Assembly: GCF_006345805.1 (NCBI RefSeq)
Contig: NW_021835085.1
Coordinates: forward strand, 1-42,058
DNA: 42,058 nucleotides
Source: Octopus sinensis
Lineage: Eukaryota
Reading direction: 5' to 3'
The notes under the pieces were generated by a model that saw nothing but the letters and a program-made list of their open reading frames with translations, did no database searches and was not told the DNA's origin. Both the position numbers and the translations under genes were made by a program. Every line of letters starts with the position of its first letter. Within the stretch, counting starts at the first letter, position 1. Positions 34,815 through 42,058 of the stretch are shown here, piece by piece.

Positions 34815-35594
34815 CCATGTGTGTGTAGGTATGTGCGTGCATGTGTGTGTGGGTATGTGTCTGTATGTGAGTGTGCGTATTTCTATGCGTGTGCATGCAA
34901 GTACGTGTCTATATGTGCACGTACGCATGTATGTGTGTATATATATACATATATGTTCATATACACCCCGCCAACGCGTATATAATAAATATATAGTGTT
35001 AAATTATCTGGGTGGGTACTGTGAAAGCTTTCAAACACAGTCCGATTTCCGGCTAACCCCATCACATAGGAGAGCCCCAAATTTTGCTTCGGTTGATCAA
35101 TCCCGCGGAGATTTTTTCTGATGGGTAAATCCGTGTTCACTGGATTATGAATACTTTCGGGTACATAAATCCAGGAGAAATACAAAGAATACGGAGACCT
35201 ATTAATCTTCAGATTTTTCTATTAATTTTAGCAATTAGTGGTACAGTATTATTGGTGAAGATGACCTCATATTAACCTTAGATCCAGGACGAAACGTAAA
35301 CCTTTCCGTTTCGTTCTGGAACTAAGGTTAACATGGGATCAGAGATAAAGCGAATTTTATAGCCGTATCAAATATCAACATCTCTCCTTCGTTTCCGTTT
35401 CTATTTAAAACCAAATAAGCTAACCACGCATAAATGAATTCAGTTTGCTTCAGACCACGCTTGTGGGAAGACCCTCAATGAAGATGCATAACAACGTAGC
35501 ACCAGAAACACGTGTTGGTCATCTTGACCAATTTTGAGGCTCAATTAACTGTAAAAATTAAAGGACAAATTTCAGTACATGTACACATCCACAT

Positions 35595-35633
<39 letters not shown>

Positions 35634-35850
35634 GATACATACACACACACATATATATATATATATACATACATATATATATAATATATTTTATACCCAC
35701 ATACATACATACATACATACATACATACATACATACATACATACATACATACATACATTATATATAATAATAATATATATTATAATATATATATATAATT
35801 AAATAAGGTTAGAAACTGATATTAATCAATTGAAACCAGATTAAACATTT

Positions 35851-36135
35851 TTATACATACAAAATTAGAGGAATGACCACTAATAGTGGACAGCCTGTAT
35901 GCTAGAAATATATGTCAAACTCGCCATTTACCACGAAGAATGTGCTCTCAAGAAAAAATTCAGTAAAAACCAAAGTGTATTTTCATTTGTCTTGCTTATT
36001 TTTACACTTTGGTTTTTTGCTGAATTTTTTCTTGAGAACACATTCTTCGTGGTAAATGGCGAGTTTGACGTCTATTTCTAGCATACAGGCTGTCCACTAT
36101 TAGTGGTCATTTCTCTAAATTTTGTATATATATAA
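35851..36135. repeat. Long inverted repeat (~130-bp arms, 23-nt spacer)
   Basis: 35851-35979 is the reverse complement of 36003-36135 with only scattered differences. Confidence 0.9.
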
Positions 36136-37833
36136 CTCCAAGAAAGTTAGAGGTTGTGAATCCAACCCACTAAGGGATAATATCTAGCCGTTAGAATACC
36201 CAATTATTAATACACATTATGTAAAGCATCTGTTATATGTATGTATATGATTGAAATTAGCACTTTAGTAAATAAATAAATAAGTTAACATAATATAATG
36301 TCTAAAAGTTGATGAACCACCTATTGATCCCCTCCATTTTCTTATTGCTATATATATATAGTTTTCGGTGTTTTCGTGAATTCCCATTTTCGGTGGTCAT
36401 GGGTATTTTTTCGATAATAAAATATTTAATAAAACATAACGAAACAGAACCAAAGTAAAGTGATCCCCTTACATATTCATTGGTTGATCCAGGTCACGTG
36501 AATAGTGTACTTAGGATGTATTTGAGGTTTACCGGATTTGTTACAGGTTGCGTGTGATAATACACAACTAAAAAAAAACCCAAAAATCTCACATATATAT
36601 ATTGGTGCCTTTAGCCTTTTACGGAAAGGAACACCAATAAAGATAACATTCTCCTCTGCATTATTTGGAATTACCATTTTAATCGCACAAAACAGACATA
36701 AATTTTATTATGGAATTTCACGCTCCTAGCCCCGAGAATACATTACACGCATCACTAGTTTTACGGGTATGGCTGAAGTATCGTTATTTCAATTTACCTT
36801 CCACCGTATCTACTCGATGTTTACTCTCACTGATTGCATTTAATTTGGAGGGAGTTGATAATCGCTTCAACTTCACATGACTGATTAAGTGTGTACGAAT
36901 TCATATTTCTGCGTTTCCTGCTATTCTTGGTTATTTTATCTGTAATATTTTTGTTGCAATCCTATATGTAAACGTATACGTATTGAAGGTAATTTTTTGT
37001 AAATAATTTTCCCTATCTGTGGCTTATGGGGAAATGCTTGTATCATTAAGGTTAAAGTGTATGGGTGACATTAATTTCACATTTAAACAAAAGAGAGTTA
37101 TTAAGTAGCTGATATTACAGCAACTTTTCTCACTGGGGGTCAGCAGAATGTTAGGGTGTGTGTAATGGGATCTTATCTTTGCATTCACTAGCTTCTTGAG
37201 CTATATTTTAGAAAGAAGCCACATGGCTGAACGCCTCAATATACCATAATAGCTTAGAGATAATTCCCCGCATTACTAAGGAAAGATAAATATTATAGAA
37301 TCATACATACATCAACAAACAAATTTATGTATCCTCATACATATATACACGGAAAAACTCATACACACAAACGCAGTTGTATACACATACACACGCATTT
37401 TTATGAGTATGTGTTTGTATGTGCAAAATATGCACATATATGTATATGAACACTTAAGTGTGTACAATACTACATATACGTTTTTATATATACATGGATA
37501 TATGTATACAGGCATGCGTGTGAGTCTACAGAGGTCTATACATATATATATATATAATACTTTTCAGTCTACAGATTTACGTTAGAAAGTAACTCATAAG
37601 CAACCAGATGGATACAATACCTTTTTGTTCCACATCATGTATATACGATGCCTTTCGGAAAACTAACGAGACTGGATGTGCCGTGTGAGTTATGGGCGAG
37701 AGACGGATAAACGGATTGTGTTATCATCTAACATGGTATCTTGGGAGTGTGTAAATGTAATCTTAGCCTTCTGCAACCATTGCATATTTCATCACCTGCT
37801 TTCTTTTACACTTCTTTTTCAGATCGTTCTGCT

Positions 37834-38430
37834 ATGAAAACTTAGGAACGAGCGGTGAACATAGAGCAACCAATTAGGATCTTTTCGGTTTGAACGGCAG
37901 TTTTTCTAGCGGTGTCATATGAAATTGTCACCCACAATTATGACCCTAGTATCAATCTAATGCATTTCAATCTATTTTAGGGTTAAAGTTAGTTAGAGTT
38001 AGTTAGGGTTAGGGATGGGGGGAAGGGTATTTTTTTCTTCACAAATGTAAATAAACCCAATCTGATTCTTAAACGAGGGACATATTCATACGGCACAGAA
38101 TGTTGCTTACCTCAATAGACGTCAGTGATTGGTTGAAATTGCAGAAATTGAAGAAAAACAACAAATATCTTACAAACTATAGAATTTTCTCAATAAAGCT
38201 AAGAGAAAAATATGTTTTATAAACACATTCTACCAGTATACGAAGTTTAAAATTTTTTAGTTACCTAGAAATTATTTTAAAAACTGCCGTTCAAACCGAA
38301 AAGATCCACCAATTAACCTGAAACTTTGGGTCCGGTTTGGGAAGACTCTGTTACAAACACTTGAAATTCTTCAACAAATGTATGGAGACAACATAAACAG
38401 CAGTTTCCAATATTTCACCAAGGAGGAAAA
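37834..38430 (+). pseudogene. Mariner transposase N-terminal remnant interrupted by a MITE
   Basis: Removing 37877-38315 (MITE plus one TSD) restores MKT*ERAVNIEQPINLKLWVRFGKTLLQTLEILQQMYGDN, resembling the mariner N-terminal HTH motif EQRINxKFxVxLGKTxxExxxMLQQVYGD. Confidence 0.7.
37877..38307. mobile_element. Complete MITE with 28-bp TIRs and 8-bp TSD (Merlin-like)
   Basis: TIR GGATCTTTTCGGTTTGAACGGCAGTTTT and its exact complement; perfect TSD ACCAATTA at 37869-37876 and 38308-38315. GG termini with an 8-bp TSD fit Merlin; hAT is not excluded. Confidence 0.85.
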
Positions 38431-38620
38431 CTATAATTGTCACTAAATACGACTAGACTGTTAGAAATGCCTGCATTGCTAGAAATAATAGCTAAAATGC
38501 TCTAATACTATATAATTTTCTGTATACACATTAGTGACGTACAAAAGCAATCATAAATCTTTATGGTGAAAACGTATATACTGACGTAGAATTCGATCCG
38601 GAATCTACCGAAGTTGAGCC

Positions 38621-38677
38621 AGTCCTTACAGATGAGGCAGCGGAAATTGCCGAAACTGAGCGGTTAGTATAGGGATT
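38621..38677 (+). ncRNA. Type I hammerhead ribozyme fold with three full stems and one core substitution (U4A)
   Basis: Stem I AGTCCTTA/TAGGGATT (8 bp); CAGATGA; stem II GGCAG(CGGAAA)TTGCC; GAAA; stem III ACTGA(GCGG)TTAGT; GUA triplet ending at 38669. Confidence 0.75.
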
Positions 38678-38810
38678 TTTCGACCGCAGTTTTCGGACGA
38701 TCATATTCCCTGTCAGTATATATGAATATAATTACATACATAAATACGTACTTACATACATACATACATACATACATACATCATACATACATACATACAA
38801 CATTGAGATT

Positions 38811-39120
38811 GAGACCCCCTTCTATCATGACTGACCGTGGGATTGCACCTAATAAGTCACCCTCCCAGGCACAAGTCCGTGCAAGGTTGTTTTATGGAAG
38901 ACAACCAGTCGCCCATGGATACCGGCCTTCCCTCTCCACGCCACCAGTGTTATCCAAGGGAAAGGCAAAGGGGCCTATACAGCTTGGCACCAATGACGTC
39001 GCAACTCATTTCCTCAGTTGAGTGAACTGGAGCAACGTGAAATAAAGTGTCTTGCTCAAGAACACAACACGCAGCCCGGTTCGGGAGTCGAACTCACAAC
39101 CACTGAGCCATGTGCCTTCA
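38811..39120 (-). mobile_element. tRNA-derived SINE type C with internally deleted head
   Basis: Minus strand: A box TGGCTCAGTGG almost adjacent to B box GAGTTCGACTCCC, then the body shared with 4294-4578. Confidence 0.8.
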
Positions 39121-39984
39121 CACATACATACGTACATACATACATACATACATACATACATACATACATACATACATACATACATACATTTAGTCTTGCT
39201 GGTGAAGTGACTAATGGCGTTACATCAAGGTACCATGTCTTTGTGACGATTTTAGCATTAATCCGAATGTATACACACAATAGAAAGATATAAGCTGCTA
39301 TTGAATCTGTGGAGGGCCAATGGATATTTTCACATGGTCGAAGATCGAACAAGAACAGAAGCAATTCACATTGATCCCGGTTTCTGCCCGATGACAGATA
39401 ACATTTATGGTGTAACCGCATCGTTTTGTTTCAAGTTGTAGGCTGAAGTGAAGGTGTATGGAAATGATACACCCGCCTTGCATTTTGAGTTATCAATAAA
39501 ACGCTACTTTGTATATGTGGGAGAGAGTGCATGCTTGTGCGTGTATACATATATATATATATTAATTTTGATCCTCCAGTTATTTAATGCTTTTGTTTCT
39601 TTGGTGGAGGAGGCCTGCGATCGCCTATATTATCGATTCTCCTATTATAATTTTAAATTGTTACACTACATAATAACAGAATCAATGGTATCTTCGCAAA
39701 TTATTTTTTCGCGAATAATTTTTTCTCGTGAATTATCTTCTCCGTATTGAAATTATTTTCCCACTGGCGGCTGCAATGATTTCGGCGGAAAAAGAGTCAG
39801 CTGTAACGCTGACTTCAACACGACGGTTTAGGGGAGGGTCTCTATCATGGTAACGCGTGCTGAAGAAGCTGAGGTTACTTTGCCAGTACAGAAACCGGTC
39901 CACAGTGTTATAATACTTGAATGTACGTTGGGAGATTGACTTAACCCGGAGGGTGGATTTCTGTACTTATTATCAGTGAATTTT

Positions 39985-40055
39985 GGCGATTTAAATAAGA
40001 GTTTTGACTGTTATTTCCAGCAGGTAGACATATTTAGTATATCCTTTGCTTAATT
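39985..40055. mobile_element. Solo TIR of the family forming the 21333-21466 hairpin
   Basis: GGCGATTTAAATAAGAGTTTTGACTGTTATTTCCAGCAGGTAGACATATTTAGTA..CCTTTG.TTAATT. Confidence 0.7.
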
Positions 40056-40979
40056 ACAAATATATATTACAAATATATATATATTTACATATATATATAT
40101 ACAATATATATACGTACACACGTATATAAAATATATATACGTACACATACACACACACATATATATATACACGCAAAAGCACACACAACTCCCCCACAGA
40201 CACAACTCTCTCCCACACACACACACACACACACACACAGAGAACTTCCCCACCCCACCCCCCATACACACACATATACACAGAGAAAGTCGGAGAGATT
40301 TAAATAGACTTACATAGATATAAATGAAGATATAGATATTGGTATATACAGAAACGCACATTCGCAACTAACACACACACACACAACCACATACACACAC
40401 ACACACATATTTTCCCCAGCCCCTACTCCACCCCCACACCAATATATGGCAAGAACGGAAGAGGGATAAAGAGGCACGCCAAAACAAGGAAGCTAATCAC
40501 ACATGTGAAGTAATCTCTTAATCTTTTTGTGTTTCTCTAATCTTTCTATTCGTCTTCATTTAATCATCGGCTTTTTGTTTCATATCTGAGATAAGGATGA
40601 ACGTACATTAATACATAGCAATATTGTATGTACGTACACACACATACACACACGCATGCGCACACGCGTGTCTGTATGAGGGTGGGAGTGGGTAGGTGTG
40701 GGTGGGTGTGATTGTGTATATACTGCAACGTCTCTAATTCAATCAATGAACCGATCCATCAATTTTTAATCAATTTTTATTTATACTTATGTGTCAATTT
40801 TTCCATCTATCCGTCTATCGATCTGTGTAACATTATCTCCCCCCCCCTATCTCTCTCTCTCTATCTTATTAATCTATCTGTCTAAATAACTATCTGTCTG
40901 TCTGCTTGTCTGTCTATTCCCCATGTCACTCACCCTCTCTTTCTCTTTCTCTCTCTCTCTCTATTTATGTAATATTTGA

Positions 40980-41011
<32 letters not shown>

Positions 41012-41143
41012 TCTATCTATTTATCTATCTATCTATCTCTACCTATCTATCTGTCTATCGACTGAACTATCTATGTATCTATCCATCAGTCTGTCTATTT
41101 GTATGTCTATTCAATCTCGACTAAGCACATTCTCAACATTGAC

Positions 41144-41211
<68 letters not shown>

Positions 41212-41548
41212 ATTTTCTTTCTGTCTATATCTATCTATCTATCTTCCTTTTTTTCTTTTCCTTTTTCCTTTTTTTCTTTTCTTTTTCCCCTTTTACGATC
41301 CTTTTGATCGAAAACCTACGCCATTTTCTTTTGTTTCCTTGTTTTTTGTTTTTTTTTGTTTTGTTTTTATCCCACAAAAGAAAAGCTCTACCTTGTAATT
41401 TGTCCCATCTGTGTGCAGCCCTGTGTGGCCAATAAAGAAACTTATCTATCTGTATCCATCTATCTGTATCCATCTATCTGTCTGTATAAATATCTATCTA
41501 ACTCTCTCTCTCTCTCTGTACTTATGTGTGTGTGCGTGTGTAGGCGTA

Positions 41549-41712
41549 GGCGCAGGGGCAGATGTGTGGTAAGATACTTGCGTCCCAACCACATGGTTCC
41601 AGGCTCGTTCCACTACGTTGCACCTTCGGGAAGTGTCTTCAACTATAAGCTCAGAACGATCAACGCATTCTGAGGGGATTTAGAAGACAGAAACTGAAAG
41701 AAGTGTGTCGTG
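41549..41712 (+). mobile_element. Decayed SINE type A 5' half
   Basis: GTGTGGTAAGA...CCAACCACATGGTTCC...GCACCTTCGGGAAGTGTCTTC...AGAAACTGAAAGAAG. Confidence 0.8.
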
Positions 41713-42058
41713 TATATATATATATAACTTTATATATACACATATAAAGGTATATACTTTATATATATTTTATATATACATTTATATATATATGTGTATA
41801 TGTAAAGGTAAGTTTTCCAATCATAATTGGTAGGGATATAGCATCCAAGTGGGTACCGTAGTCGTATTTAGGGGCTATTGATGCTGGTTAACATTCGTGA
41901 GTGTATACAAAACTCCAGTTAGTTTAATTTAGTAACCTCAGTGTATCTTCACATCAGTAAATTCATATGGCTCTATAGAGACTGCATGAATCTGTAATTT
42001 AGATTCTATCTGAACAATGCAGTTGATTTCACTCTGAAGAAATGACAACAAGCTATTA

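Noticed and set aside
37977-38012. Telomeric TTAGGG-like repeats
   Set aside because: Few, degenerate and internal to a MITE; not a telomere or fusion site.
896-41673. Dozens of YIYI/VCVC/LSIY/LLLL/NNNN ORFs in the ORF track
   Set aside because: All are translations of (TA)n, (TG)n, (TATC)n, (ATT)n and similar microsatellites.
1-42058. CRISPR array, rRNA or prokaryotic operon
   Set aside because: No regularly spaced repeat-spacer array, rRNA-like sequence or dense coding; the window is eukaryotic repeat-rich DNA.

Overview
AT-rich, microsatellite-saturated eukaryotic DNA, most likely intergenic or intronic sequence from an octopod cephalopod (inferred from recalled tRNA-derived SINE families and the (AAT)n/(TA)n/(TATC)n/(GAT)n load; not verified by search). 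I can support no host protein-coding gene; nearly all ORFs in the supplied track are translations of simple repeats. The one clearly protein-like ORF (23467-24279) is the CCHC zinc-knuckle plus restriction-like endonuclease end of a 5'-truncated R4/Dong-type LINE sitting in an (AAT)n tract. The window also holds four SINE types, a second decayed R4/Dong fragment, an RTE 3' end, three mariner remnants, a Merlin-like MITE with a perfect 8-bp TSD that interrupts one of them, a non-autonomous Helitron, and a ~3 kb (GAT)n satellite with higher-order structure. The most interesting signals, read by hand, are (i) about ten type I hammerhead-ribozyme folds (one with an intact core, several with single core changes, several relics), including a two-copy family with a shared U4C core change, which points to Penelope-like or retrozyme elements; and (ii) many long fold-back inverted repeats (arms of about 160, 130, 60 and 58 bp, plus a ~1.1 kb inverted duplication). 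Coordinates of decayed repeats are approximate (about +/-10 bp). RNA folds were derived manually, not computed.
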